Below the pieces are notes generated by a model. The model was not told the origin of the DNA, did not search any database, and saw only the letters and a program-made list of their open reading frames with translations. Made by a program: the position numbers and the translations under genes. This document shows, in pieces, positions 48,856 through 59,321 of a stretch of DNA of 64,000 nucleotides (positions are counted from its first letter, which is position 1; every line of letters begins with the position of its first letter). The DNA comes from an uncultured delta proteobacterium. Its GTDB lineage: Bacteria; Desulfobacterota; Binatia; UBA9968. Location of the stretch: NCBI GenBank assembly GCA_963727625.1, contig CAVSHR010000002.1, forward strand, positions 352,001 to 416,000. The letters run 5' to 3'.

Positions 48856-49985
48856 CCCCTTTTCGATCCAAGTTCGTAGGCATGCTGGTCGTGACGCTCT
48901 GGTGCTCGGCTTGCGCGGGCATACCGGTGAGCGGCGTGGTCGGTGGGCAGTCAATTACTACTCGCGTCGATTCCGAGGCCGCGCGCTACTACGTCGCCAA
49001 CTACCTGGCGGGCAAACGAGCGAATTCGCCCCTTGACGCGCGCATCGACGACGTTTACCGAAACGGCGATGGCGGTCTTCCCGATCGCAACCAACTCAAA
49101 CAGCTGAGCGACGATTTCTCGACCGATTTTGCCGCGCTCTATTTCGCCGAATCTATCGACCGAGCGGCGAAGAATCGCCGGCTGCGCAACGAATTCGGGA
49201 GAACCCTCGCCGTTCTGGGCGAGAGTCTTTCCAATGGCCGCATACAATTGCCTGCCGGGGCGGCTCGCTACGAGTTTCTCTTGGTGCCGGGTTATCTCTA
49301 CGAACGTCATAGTTTCACAGGCGCCAATCTTGCGGCGCCACGGGCGACGCTCGATCGGCTCGGCTTGCCGCATCATTTCGTCGCGACCATTGAAGACGGC
49401 GCCATCGAGCGCAACGCCGAGATCGTCGCCGCGGCGATCCGCGGCCGTTCTTCGATGGGAAGGCGCTTGATTATTGTCAGCGTCAGCAAGTCCGGGCCGG
49501 AAGTTGCCTTAGCGTTGACTAAATTAGGCGAGGTTAATTCCCGCCGGGTCGCTGCATGGGTCAATATCGTTGGCACGCTGCAAGGCAGCGCGCTTGCCGA
49601 CGATGGGTTGTTGCAATTGGAAGAGCTATCCGGAGCAGTCGACATTACAGGCGTGGAGAGCTTGAGCACCCAACGGAGTCGGGAGCGCTTTCGCCATTTT
49701 CATATCCCTGGCCACGTGCTGGTGCTGAACTATATAGGCATACCCTTGGAGAGCGATATTTCGCTGATGGCGCGCAGTGGTTATTTACAGTTGAAGAGCC
49801 AGGGGCCGAATGACGGTCTTTCGTTACTTGCCGATCTCGTCATTCCCGAAGGCCTGACACTCGCAGCGCTCGGCCATGACCATTTTTTGTTGGACGATCA
49901 AGTCGATGCGGCCACCGCAGCGCTCGCTATCCTGCTGATCCGGCGGCTCGACGCCCGGGCCATGGTGCAATCGGCGGATCGGTAG
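48852..49985 (+). CDS. Putative lipoprotein, alpha/beta-hydrolase-like
   Basis: SAC lipobox; LLVPG, VSVSKSG elbow, GS.LAD, GPNDGL, DH; ATGA overlap with the previous gene. Confidence 0.6.
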   Translation: MTPFRSKFVGMLVVTLWCSACAGIPVSGVVGGQSITTRVDSEAARYYVANYLAGKRANSPLDARIDDVYRNGDGGLPDRNQLKQLSDDFSTDFAALYFAESIDRAAKNRRLRNEFGRTLAVLGESLSNGRIQLPAGAARYEFLLVPGYLYERHSFTGANLAAPRATLDRLGLPHHFVATIEDGAIERNAEIVAAAIRGRSSMGRRLIIVSVSKSGPEVALALTKLGEVNSRRVAAWVNIVGTLQGSALADDGLLQLEELSGAVDITGVESLSTQRSRERFRHFHIPGHVLVLNYIGIPLESDISLMARSGYLQLKSQGPNDGLSLLADLVIPEGLTLAALGHDHFLLDDQVDAATAALAILLIRRLDARAMVQSADR

Positions 49986-50059
49986 TAGCTTGTAAGAAAA
50001 ATTTCCGATTTAAGACGAGAAACGAGTAACGAAAAATTTCTATCCCTAGAAACCCTGAC

Positions 50060-51535
50060 ATGAACGAACTTCACTTTATCGACACCACGCTGCGCGACGG
50101 GCAGTTGAGTCTATGGGCGCTGGGGATGAAAACCGGCGCCATGCTCGCCATCGCCGAGCAGATGGATCGCTGCGGCTTTGAGTCGCTGGAATTCTTCGGC
50201 TTTGCCGGCTTCATCAAGTATGTGCGCGAGCACAAGGAAAACCCTTTCGATTGGATGCGCCTCGGCGCCAGGAAATTTCACCGCACCCGGCTGCGCTACC
50301 ACGGCGGCCTGGCGTCGGGTTTTGAAAAAGTGCCGCGCTCGGTGCGTAAGCTGATGATCGAGCGCATCGTCGCCCACGGCATTACCCTGACGCGATCTTC
50401 CGACCCGTGGAACGATTACGAGGTCGCCGCGAGAGAGAATAAGGATCTGGCCGAGCTTGGCATGGATGTCGTCATCAACATCATCTATTCGGTTTCGCCG
50501 CGCCATACCGACGAATACTACGCGCGCAAGGCGCGCGAGGCGGCGGCGATCAAGCCCTACCGCATCTGCTTCAAGGACGTGGCCGGCCTGCTGACGCCGG
50601 ATCGAGCGCAAACATTGATTCCGCTGATTCAAAAAAATATCGGCCCCGTGCCGCTCGAGTTTCACGCCCACTGCAACAACGGCCTGGCGCCGTTTAATTA
50701 TCTCGAAGCGGTCAAGCTCGGCGTCGACACGTTGCACACGGCGATCCCGCCGCTGGCGAACGGCTCGGCGCAGCCGTCGATTTTCAACGTCGCCGCCAAC
50801 GCCTGCGCGCTCGGTTTCAAACCGCTCGTCGATCTCGAAGCGGTCAAGCCGGTCGAAAACCATTTTACTTACATCGCCAGGCGCGAAGGCCATCCGATCG
50901 GCGCCCAGCGCGAATACGACCACGCGCAGTATTTGCATCAAGTCCCGGGCGGGATGATTTCCAACTTGCGCTACCAGCTCCGCGCGATGGGGATGGAGAA
51001 TAAACTTGCCGAGACGTTGGAGGAATGCGGCCGTGTGCGCGCCGAGTTCGGTTATCCAATCATGGTCACGCCGCTGGCTCAGTTTGTCGGCAGCCAGGCC
51101 GCTATCAACATCATCACCGGCGAGCGCTACAAAGAGGTGACCGATCAATCGATCCAGTACGCGCTCGGCCACTGGGGCAAGGAAGCGCCGCTGGTGATGG
51201 AGGCCAGCGTCAAAGACAAGATTATCAGCCGCCCGCGTGCCAAAGAGTGGGTGAAGTGGACGCCGCCCGATCTCACGCTGAATGAAGTGCGGCAAAAGTT
51301 CGGCGGGCCGGGTGTAACTGATGAAGAGCTGGTCTTGCGCGTAATTGCGGGCGAGGCCGCGGTGAAGACTATGCTTGCCGCCGGCGCGCCGAAGGAATAT
51401 CTGAGCGCCGGCCAACCGCTGCTAAGGTTGATCGGCGAGCTGGCCAACCGCCGAGATTGCCGTCAAGTTTACATTCAAAAAAATGGCTTTACGCTGAGGC
51501 TGGAAAAAAGCGCCAAGCCATCGGAAAGAATTTAG
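50060..51535 (+). CDS. Pyruvate/oxaloacetate carboxyltransferase (PycB/OadA-like, no biotinyl domain)
   Basis: DTTLRDG, FKDVAG, HAH, HQVPGGMISNL, GYPIMVTP..QFVG.QA. Confidence 0.88.
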   Translation: MNELHFIDTTLRDGQLSLWALGMKTGAMLAIAEQMDRCGFESLEFFGFAGFIKYVREHKENPFDWMRLGARKFHRTRLRYHGGLASGFEKVPRSVRKLMIERIVAHGITLTRSSDPWNDYEVAARENKDLAELGMDVVINIIYSVSPRHTDEYYARKAREAAAIKPYRICFKDVAGLLTPDRAQTLIPLIQKNIGPVPLEFHAHCNNGLAPFNYLEAVKLGVDTLHTAIPPLANGSAQPSIFNVAANACALGFKPLVDLEAVKPVENHFTYIARREGHPIGAQREYDHAQYLHQVPGGMISNLRYQLRAMGMENKLAETLEECGRVRAEFGYPIMVTPLAQFVGSQAAINIITGERYKEVTDQSIQYALGHWGKEAPLVMEASVKDKIISRPRAKEWVKWTPPDLTLNEVRQKFGGPGVTDEELVLRVIAGEAAVKTMLAAGAPKEYLSAGQPLLRLIGELANRRDCRQVYIQKNGFTLRLEKSAKPSERI

Positions 51536-51651
51536 CCAGCCGATCACATATGTTCCGGACACCTCCCGCTTCGGTTGACATGCCAGCATGCCATTGGATA
51601 CTCTCCGATCGCGCGCGGAAGCATAGGTCTAGCGTTTAAAAGGGGGCAAGT

Positions 51652-53814
51652 ATGACCAAGGTAAAAGCGTTGTACTGGAGCGTTGCCATCATCGCTGTCG
51701 CCGCGTTCTTGGCGGTTATGCCAAGTCCTCTGAGCAGCCAGCAGGGTGGCACAGTAAGCGTCGACAGTAACGATATCGGCGGCGTGGTCACCAGCTCCAA
51801 AGGACCGGAAGCCGGCGTCTGGGTGATCGCCGAGACTACCGACCTGCCTACCAGGTTTGCGAGAATGGTGGTGACCGATGATCGCGGGCGCTACGTACTG
51901 CCCGATCTACCCAAGGCTCATTACAGTATCTGGGTGCGCGGTTACGGATTGGTCGATTCGCCGAAGCTCAAAGCGACACCCGGCAAGAATCTCAATTTAA
52001 AGGCAGTGCTCGCGCCCAATGATGCAGCTGCGGCGCAATACTATCCGGCAATCTATTGGTATTCGATGCTCAAAATACCCGACAAGGGCGAGTTCGGCGG
52101 AAAGGGCACGATTCCGGCGAAGATCACCCAGACCCAATGGGTGAATACGATGAAGAGCAACGGCTGTATCGGGTGCCATCAGTTGGGTCAGCTTTCGACC
52201 CGCACCTTTCCGAAAAATGTGCCGCATCCCATCAATATGAAAACATCCCAGGAAGCGTGGTTTCGCCGCATCCAGTCCGGTCAATCCGGCGAGTCGATGT
52301 TCGGCACGATGGTCAAACAAATGGGCGGGGCGCCGATTCGCTACCTTGCGGAGTGGACCGACCGCATCGCCAAGGGTGAGTTGCCTCATACCAAGCCGGC
52401 CCGGCCCCAAGGCGTTGAGCGCAACATAGTCGTGACTACGTGGGATTGGCTCGATGAAAAACATTATCTTCACGACTTGATCGCCTCGGATCGCCGCAAC
52501 CCGACGGTCAATGCCTACGGTCCCCTTTACGGCTCCGCAGAGTACAGCACCGACATGATTCCGATCCTCGATCCGGTTAAAAACACCGCCGAACGCATCG
52601 TCGCGCCGGTTCGCGATGCCAATACACCGGAAGCGCTGGGGCCGGGTCACGCGGCAAGCGATAAAATCATGCAACCTTCGCCTTACTGGGGTCAGGAGAA
52701 AATCTGGGACACCAAGGCTAACAATCACAACGGCATGTTCGACAAGAAGGGGCGGGTGTGGTTTGCGGCGAGGTTTCGCGACGCCAAGAATCCGGACTTC
52801 TGCAGAAAGGGCTCCGATCATCCTTCGGCCAAGCTCTTCCCGCTCGAGCGCACCAACCGTCAGATTACGATGCTTGATCCCAAGACCGGGCAGTACACCT
52901 TCGTCGACACCTGCTTCCAGACCCATCATTTGCAATTTGGTTACGACGCCAACGACACGCTGTGGACCAGCGGCGGTAGAACGGTGGTCGGCTGGATTAA
53001 CACCAAGATGCTCGATGAGACCGGCGACATCGCCAAGTCGCAGGGCTGGACCGCACTCGTTCTTGACACTAACGGCAACGGCAAGCGTGACGAATACGTC
53101 GAACCCAATCAACCGGTGGACCCAAGAAAAGACAAGCGCATCGTCGCGGGTTTTTACGCCGTGATGCCGAGCCCGGTCGACGGCTCGATCTGGGGATCTT
53201 GGCGCAGCAATCCGGGAGCTGTCGTACGAGTCGCTCCGGGAAGCAATCCGCCCGAGACGGCGCTCGCGGAAATTTACAAGGTGCCGCCGCCGGCATTCGG
53301 GCCGCGCGGCGGCGACATCGATCGCAACGGTGTGGTCTGGGTATCACTTGCCAGCGGCCATCTCGGCAGCTTCGACCGGAGAAAGTGCAAAGGCCCGCTA
53401 AATGGTCCGAAGGCAACCGGGGATCATTGTCCCGAGGGGTGGACGTTTTACAAATATCCCGGTCCCGGATTCGAGGGGATCGGTGATAACAGCGCGGAGT
53501 CGAGTTACTACACTTGGGTCGATCAGCACAACACGTTCGGCCTCGGCGAGAACGTGCCGATGTCGACCGGCAACTTGAACGACGGCCTGATCGCCATGAA
53601 GGACGCCAAGATGGTCGTGCTGCGCGTGCCCTATCCGATGGGCTTTTACGCCAAAGGGTTCGACGGACGCATCGACGATCCGAAGGCCGGTTGGAAGGGG
53701 CGCGGCTTGTGGACCACGAGCGGCGATCGTACGCCGTGGCTGAAGGAAGGCGGCAAGGGGAGAACGCCGATGGTTGTGCACTTCCAACTGCGCCCCAATC
53801 CGCTGGCGAAGTGA
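51652..53814 (+). CDS. Secreted protein: carboxypeptidase-regulatory-like domain + CxxCH heme + beta-propeller
   Basis: Signal peptide; GPEAGVWVIAET..VTDD.GRY..PDLP; CIGCH; repeated G.VW. Confidence 0.75.
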   Translation: MTKVKALYWSVAIIAVAAFLAVMPSPLSSQQGGTVSVDSNDIGGVVTSSKGPEAGVWVIAETTDLPTRFARMVVTDDRGRYVLPDLPKAHYSIWVRGYGLVDSPKLKATPGKNLNLKAVLAPNDAAAAQYYPAIYWYSMLKIPDKGEFGGKGTIPAKITQTQWVNTMKSNGCIGCHQLGQLSTRTFPKNVPHPINMKTSQEAWFRRIQSGQSGESMFGTMVKQMGGAPIRYLAEWTDRIAKGELPHTKPARPQGVERNIVVTTWDWLDEKHYLHDLIASDRRNPTVNAYGPLYGSAEYSTDMIPILDPVKNTAERIVAPVRDANTPEALGPGHAASDKIMQPSPYWGQEKIWDTKANNHNGMFDKKGRVWFAARFRDAKNPDFCRKGSDHPSAKLFPLERTNRQITMLDPKTGQYTFVDTCFQTHHLQFGYDANDTLWTSGGRTVVGWINTKMLDETGDIAKSQGWTALVLDTNGNGKRDEYVEPNQPVDPRKDKRIVAGFYAVMPSPVDGSIWGSWRSNPGAVVRVAPGSNPPETALAEIYKVPPPAFGPRGGDIDRNGVVWVSLASGHLGSFDRRKCKGPLNGPKATGDHCPEGWTFYKYPGPGFEGIGDNSAESSYYTWVDQHNTFGLGENVPMSTGNLNDGLIAMKDAKMVVLRVPYPMGFYAKGFDGRIDDPKAGWKGRGLWTTSGDRTPWLKEGGKGRTPMVVHFQLRPNPLAK

Positions 53815-54009
53815 AAAAAGGCGTGAGCCGCGAGGCGTGAGTTAAGGAACGATCCGTTCCAGAACTTTCAGGATCGGATCGTCTTAACTCGCGTCCGACG
53901 TTGGCCGTCTTACTATTGATGAGGTCAAGGGAGCAGATTAAGTAGCTAAGCTCGGCTGATTCGCGAACAGCGCGAAGCCGGTGCATCTGCCTGCAGAAAG
54001 GTCGTATAC

Positions 54010-55725
54010 ATGCCGAAGATCGCGCTCAACAATGTAACGGTATCCGACGCCTATATGGCGCTGCTCGCCGACCGCGGTATCGACTACTGGTTTGCCAACG
54101 CCGGGACGGATTTCGCGCCGGTGGTGGAGACTTTGGCGAAGGCTCAAGTGTTGGAAACGAAAGTGCCGACACCGATCACCTGCCCGCACGAGAATACCGC
54201 CATGCATATGGCGATCGGTTATTTTCTCGTCACCGGTAGGCCGCAGGCGGTGATGGTGCATGTCAATGTCGGTACGGCCAACGGCATGAACGGCTTGCTC
54301 AACGCGGCGCGCGGTCATGTGCCGATGCTGTTCACGGCGGGGCGTACACCGACCAACGAAGACGGCTTGCCCGGCCATCGCAGCCTCGACATTCATTGGA
54401 CCCAGGAGATGTACGATCAAGCCGGTATGCTGCGAGAGTCGGTTAAATGGGACTACGAGTTGCGCAACGGCCAGCAGCTCGAAACCGTCGTCGACCGCGC
54501 GCTCAGCATTACCAAAAGCGAACCGATGGGTCCGGTCTATCTTTCGCTGCCGCGCGAAGTGCTGGCGCAACCGATGAGTGAATTCACCTACTCGACGCCG
54601 TCGCGCCAGCATCCGGCCGCGCCGGCCTGTCCCAACGGCGCTGCCGCGGAAGAAGCGGCGGCGCTGATCGCCAATGCGGGAAATCCGTTGATTATTACCA
54701 ATTCGGCCGGTCGAGATCCCAAGGCGTGGACGGCGCTCGGCGAATTCGCCGAGCGTTACGCGATACCGGTAATTCAGTATCGTAACCGATACATATCGCT
54801 CCCGAGCAATCATCCGATGAATTTAGGGTACGAATTGAATCCGCTGCTCGGCAACGCCGACGTGATTCTGGCCATCGATATCGCGGTGCCGTGGCTGCCG
54901 GCGAGCGACAAGGTGCGCGCCGATGCCAAGGTCATTCATATGGCGCCCGACCCTTTGCATGGCTACGTGCCGGTCCGCGGCCATCCCTGCGACATCGCGC
55001 TGGCCTGCTCGACTGCCGAAGGCTTGCGCGTGTTGAACGAGACCATGGCCGAACATGAAGCGAGAGCAAAGGTACGCATCGATAGGCGCCGCGCCACGAT
55101 CGCCGAGGCGTGGAAAACCCTGCGCGACGGATGGCGCAAGAATCTCGAGTCGGCGAAAGACAAATCGCCGATACATCCGGCGTGGATCACGCACTGCATC
55201 AATGAAATCAAAGGCAAGGACACGATCGTGATCAAAGAATCGCCGCTGACGCAGGAGCATATCGATTTCTCCCGGCCGGCGACGTTATTCAATGCCGGTG
55301 CTGCTTCCGGGCTCGGCCACGGCCTGGGCTGCGCGCTGGGCGCCAAGCTGGCTGCGCGCGATCGCCTGGTCATTGGTACCCACGGCGACGGCTCGTACAT
55401 GTTCGGCAATCCGATCTCGGCGCACTATGTCGGCGCGGAGCAGGAGCTGCCGGTGCTGACAGTGCTGTTCAACAATCAGCGTTGGCAGGCGGTGCGCCGT
55501 GCCACGGTTGGGCTCAATCGCGACGGTTACGCGGCCAAGAGCCCGCACCAACCGATCACGTTCCTCGACAGCATCTCGAATTATCATAAGGCAGTGGAAT
55601 GCGCCGACGGTTACGGCGAGAAGGTTACTGATGCGAATCAAGTGCTGTCGGCGCTGGAGCGCGGTCTCAAAGCAGTCACGGTCGAGAAACGCCAGGCAGT
55701 GATCAATGTGATCTGTTCGGCGTAA
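54010..55725 (+). CDS. Thiamine-pyrophosphate-requiring enzyme
   Basis: NAGTDF, HE..A..MA.GY, GPVYLSLPRE, GDGSY...NN TPP motif. Confidence 0.92.
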   Translation: MPKIALNNVTVSDAYMALLADRGIDYWFANAGTDFAPVVETLAKAQVLETKVPTPITCPHENTAMHMAIGYFLVTGRPQAVMVHVNVGTANGMNGLLNAARGHVPMLFTAGRTPTNEDGLPGHRSLDIHWTQEMYDQAGMLRESVKWDYELRNGQQLETVVDRALSITKSEPMGPVYLSLPREVLAQPMSEFTYSTPSRQHPAAPACPNGAAAEEAAALIANAGNPLIITNSAGRDPKAWTALGEFAERYAIPVIQYRNRYISLPSNHPMNLGYELNPLLGNADVILAIDIAVPWLPASDKVRADAKVIHMAPDPLHGYVPVRGHPCDIALACSTAEGLRVLNETMAEHEARAKVRIDRRRATIAEAWKTLRDGWRKNLESAKDKSPIHPAWITHCINEIKGKDTIVIKESPLTQEHIDFSRPATLFNAGAASGLGHGLGCALGAKLAARDRLVIGTHGDGSYMFGNPISAHYVGAEQELPVLTVLFNNQRWQAVRRATVGLNRDGYAAKSPHQPITFLDSISNYHKAVECADGYGEKVTDANQVLSALERGLKAVTVEKRQAVINVICSA

Positions 55726-56111
55726 CGGTTTTTTGAAAATTTCGTCGAGAGTCCGTCGTCGCCAAGCCGGAATCAAGGGTGAAAATTTGGAGTTCAGCGC
55801 CGGCGCAGAGGGGCTATGAATTGGGTTTTGTGCTCTTTATGCATCGCGAGAGGGTCGAGCAGTTTTCTGCTGCGACACCGGATTCACAAAGCGGACGCGC
55901 TGACCTTTCCGCAATTGAAAAACGGATTTGCGCGGGTAGCTCAAGAGATTTTGCCAGCTAAAAGGATTGCCTCACGTAATCGCTCGACCTTCCGGCGGTC
56001 AATTTTCATTGCCTCGCAAGCCGACCTTCCCCGACTCAGCAGGACGGTTTCAGCCCTGCGCTCGACGACGCTTAGCCTTGGCGATTCGAGCGCCGCAATT
56101 CGCGCAATTGA

Positions 56112-56510
56112 TTATCTCGCCATGGTTTTGCGATGGCGCGCCGCGCCCATATGGCCGAGCCCGATTGTTGAAACTCCGAGCAGGGGATGAATGATCTGGA
56201 TGACCCAGTGAAAGTCGCCGACCAGCAATGACGACTGGATCATGCCGAGGCCGGCCGTGAGTGCGCCGACGATCAATGCAACTACGGCGATGATCCAGCT
56301 GCCGCCTTTAGAGAGCGCCTGGGCGACGCCGACCACCCAGAGCGCGCCGACCGCCAGCAGGCCGAGCAGCATGTGCATGGAAACCAAATTCAAGGCGGCG
56401 CTGAACCAGAAGAACAGGCCCAAGATCAGCGCGAGTATTCCGGCCAGACTCAATACGACCGATGCGATACGAATCACCATAGCGATAAAATCTCCTCCTC
56501 TGTCGATCAT
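56112..56510 (-). CDS. Small four-helix membrane protein
   Basis: Hydrophobic helices with His residues (HMLLG, H, GH). Likely start is ATG at 56480 after AGGAG. Confidence 0.65.
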   Translation of the reverse strand: MIDRGGDFIAMVIRIASVVLSLAGILALILGLFFWFSAALNLVSMHMLLGLLAVGALWVVGVAQALSKGGSWIIAVVALIVGALTAGLGMIQSSLLVGDFHWVIQIIHPLLGVSTIGLGHMGAARHRKTMAR

Positions 56511-56657
56511 GACGCTGCAAGACGGTGCGTCCGAAATGGGAACTCATAAAACGGCGGATCGATCGATTAAACAGCGTTCAAGTGCTTGCTGATTGTGTTA
56601 GCAGATTTCTCAGCGGATCACGATGGCGACGCAACCGCGGTTCTTAGCTCGGTTCGA

Positions 56658-58262
56658 TCATTTTGTGCCGCGCGCTGCGGCGGACGAATCTGCTTCTTGG
56701 AGATCCTCGCTTTCTCCCGATTCGAGATTGAGCAAGCGGGCGTCTATGTCGGCAAGAAGTTTTTCATAGACTGTTTGGCTCAGCACTCCTTGATGGAAGG
56801 CATCGATGATTTCTTCTTTCTCTGCGAGCAACAGATGGCGACGCGCCCATTGGGTTTCCTCCTCGTGGATTTCCCTCCGCTCAATGTGAAACTCATTAAG
56901 TTTCGCCCGGTCCTGTTCCCTTTGCTGCTCGTACTCGCGGCGCAGATCGGCGAGCACTTCCGGGCGGGTGAAATGGACATGGGACATGCGGTCTAGCTCC
57001 TGCAGTGCGGCGTTGGCCGCTTGGAGCTTGCCACGAGTGAACTCGTAGAGCGCTCTTTCCTCATGGCCGCGCACGATGCCGAGCCAACGCAGCAGCGGCG
57101 ACATCGTTAAGCCGTGAACGAGAATGGATAAGATGACGACGCCGAAGGTCATTGAAACCAGCAATTGGCGGTGCGGAAATTCATCCGGCAAGCTCAGTAC
57201 GAGGACCATGGGCAAACCGCCGCGCAGGCCTCCCCAGATCAATACAACGCTCCACGCCCATGAAATTCGTTCTTTCGTCCTGCGTAGCAGCAACCAGGCG
57301 GTGAAGATCACAAAAGTGCGGCCCAGGATGACGATCAGGTAGGCGACTAATATTGCCTGCCACGAAGCGAGTAACTCTTGAAAATTCACTTCCAGACCGA
57401 TCAGAAGAAAGACGATCGAGTTGAGTGCAAAAGCGACGTATTCCCAGAAGGTTTCCACTGCGATGCGCGTGGAGGGTGACATGCCGACGCGCGCGGCGTA
57501 GTTGCCGCAGAGCATGCCCGCCGAAACGGTGGCAATCACGCCTGAGTACCCGAAGTGCTCAGCGGCGAGAAACGAGCCGTAAGCGACGATCGTCGTCAGC
57601 GCGATCTCGATCATCGGATCGTCCACCCGTTTGACGATTTGCGCGACGGTTAGGCCGATGGCAATACCGACGAATGCGCCGAGACCGACGATCTTGACAA
57701 AATCGAGAGCCAGATCCTGGGCGGTTACCACCGCGCCGTTGATGAGGGCGAGGCTCAGGGTGAAAAAAACGATCGCGGTGCCGTCATTGAGCAAGCTCTC
57801 GCCGTCGAGCAGCATGGAAAGCCGCTTCGGCACGCCGAGGGATTTAAAAATCGCGATCACCGCGATGGGATCGCTGGCGGCGATCAGTGCGCCGAACACC
57901 AGCGCGTTTTTCCAGGTGAAGCCCTGGACGAAATGCAGCGTATTGGCGACCGGAGTCAAGATCACGGCCGTCAACGCGATCGCCACCACAACACCGGGTA
58001 GGGCCAGTGAGGAAATAGCGAGGCGGTTGCGCCAAAACTGCGTAAAGTCGATGTGAAACGCCGCCTCAAAAAGCAAGCCCGGCAGGAAAACATTGAACAA
58101 CAGCGCCTTGGTTAGATGGGGGGCCTCGAAGGCATTTAGCAGTCCCAGGCCGAGTCCCGTGAGTACCAACGCCACCGTGTATGGAATCGCGAGCCGCTGC
58201 ACGGCGATGGCGACCATCGTGGCGACCATGAACAGGACAATAAAAATAATTTCCGTTTCCAT
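56658..58262 (-). CDS. Na+/H+ antiporter (CPA1, NhaP/NhaG-like)
   Basis: FLPGLLFEAA, SDPIAV, GESLLNDG, SGVIA, WGGLRG. Confidence 0.93.
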   Translation of the reverse strand: METEIIFIVLFMVATMVAIAVQRLAIPYTVALVLTGLGLGLLNAFEAPHLTKALLFNVFLPGLLFEAAFHIDFTQFWRNRLAISSLALPGVVVAIALTAVILTPVANTLHFVQGFTWKNALVFGALIAASDPIAVIAIFKSLGVPKRLSMLLDGESLLNDGTAIVFFTLSLALINGAVVTAQDLALDFVKIVGLGAFVGIAIGLTVAQIVKRVDDPMIEIALTTIVAYGSFLAAEHFGYSGVIATVSAGMLCGNYAARVGMSPSTRIAVETFWEYVAFALNSIVFLLIGLEVNFQELLASWQAILVAYLIVILGRTFVIFTAWLLLRRTKERISWAWSVVLIWGGLRGGLPMVLVLSLPDEFPHRQLLVSMTFGVVILSILVHGLTMSPLLRWLGIVRGHEERALYEFTRGKLQAANAALQELDRMSHVHFTRPEVLADLRREYEQQREQDRAKLNEFHIERREIHEEETQWARRHLLLAEKEEIIDAFHQGVLSQTVYEKLLADIDARLLNLESGESEDLQEADSSAAARGTK

Positions 58263-58444
58263 GACAGCGACAAATTTATATCAACCTTTTATCTATTGTA
58301 AGATGATATGCCGCGAATCGGTTAAACTTCTGTTGACCCTCAATTTTAGATGAGCAGTCGGTTCTGACAGATTCACTTGCCACTCCATGCAAAAGGTCGA
58401 TTCTTGACCAGTTTTGCGCACATATAGTAGGATACTCCCGACTC

Positions 58445-59119
58445 ATGAGTCCGATAAAAGTCGTTATCGCCGATGACCATGTGTTATTTCGCGAAGGTCT
58501 GAAGCGGATACTTTCTTTGGAAAAAGATATCCTGGTTGTCGGCGAAGCGGCCAGTTGCGCCGAGGCCGTTGAAAATACCGTACGGATGCGGCCGGATGTC
58601 CTGCTCATGGATCTCAAGATGCCGGCCGGGGACGCGGTCGAATCGCTGGTTAAGATCGGCGAAAAAAGTCCCGCGACTAAAGTGATGATTCTCACCGCCC
58701 ATTCGGAAGACGAGAGCGTTTTGAGTACGGCGAAAAACCGCGCGCGCGGTTATGTTCTCAAAGGAATATCTGTGCCGACCCTGATCCAGGCAATCAAGAA
58801 AGTCAACGCGGGGGAGATATGGGTGGACCCGGAAGTCCCGGCCGGAGTCGATTTCGAGCGCATTGCAAAAGGCTTGACGCTGGATGTGGGCCCGCCGGCG
58901 AATGAAATTCTGAACAGCTTGACCAAACGCGAGCTGGAAATATTAAATTTGGTTGCCGAGGGTTTGTCGAACGAGGAAATCGGCAAAAAAGTTTTCATCA
59001 GCAAAAAGACAGTCAAGACCCACCTGACCAACATTTTCGACAAGTTGCAAGTCAACAATCGTTTCAAGGCCGCTCTCTTGGTCATGCCCAACTGGAAGAA
59101 GCCTAGCGCATCGAAATAG
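58445..59119 (+). CDS. NarL/LuxR-family response regulator
   Basis: IADDH, DLKMP, LTKRELEIL..GLSNEEI..ISKKTVKTH. Confidence 0.95.
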   Translation: MSPIKVVIADDHVLFREGLKRILSLEKDILVVGEAASCAEAVENTVRMRPDVLLMDLKMPAGDAVESLVKIGEKSPATKVMILTAHSEDESVLSTAKNRARGYVLKGISVPTLIQAIKKVNAGEIWVDPEVPAGVDFERIAKGLTLDVGPPANEILNSLTKRELEILNLVAEGLSNEEIGKKVFISKKTVKTHLTNIFDKLQVNNRFKAALLVMPNWKKPSASK

Positions 59120-59321
59120 GCAATAAGTAGCTCCCCAGTTCCAACCGCGCGCAAGTGAGCGGCGGCTCCGGCCGCGGGCATCGGCGTGAATGAATTTTTA
59201 CCTTCTGCCGCGGGCAGTGCAGGCGAGTCGTCGATCGCCTTGCGCCGCGCTTAAGGTTCCTTGACGGTTCGTCTCGTAGTCGGTAACCTCACTGGACCCT
59301 AAAGAGAATCAGGCAAATCCG

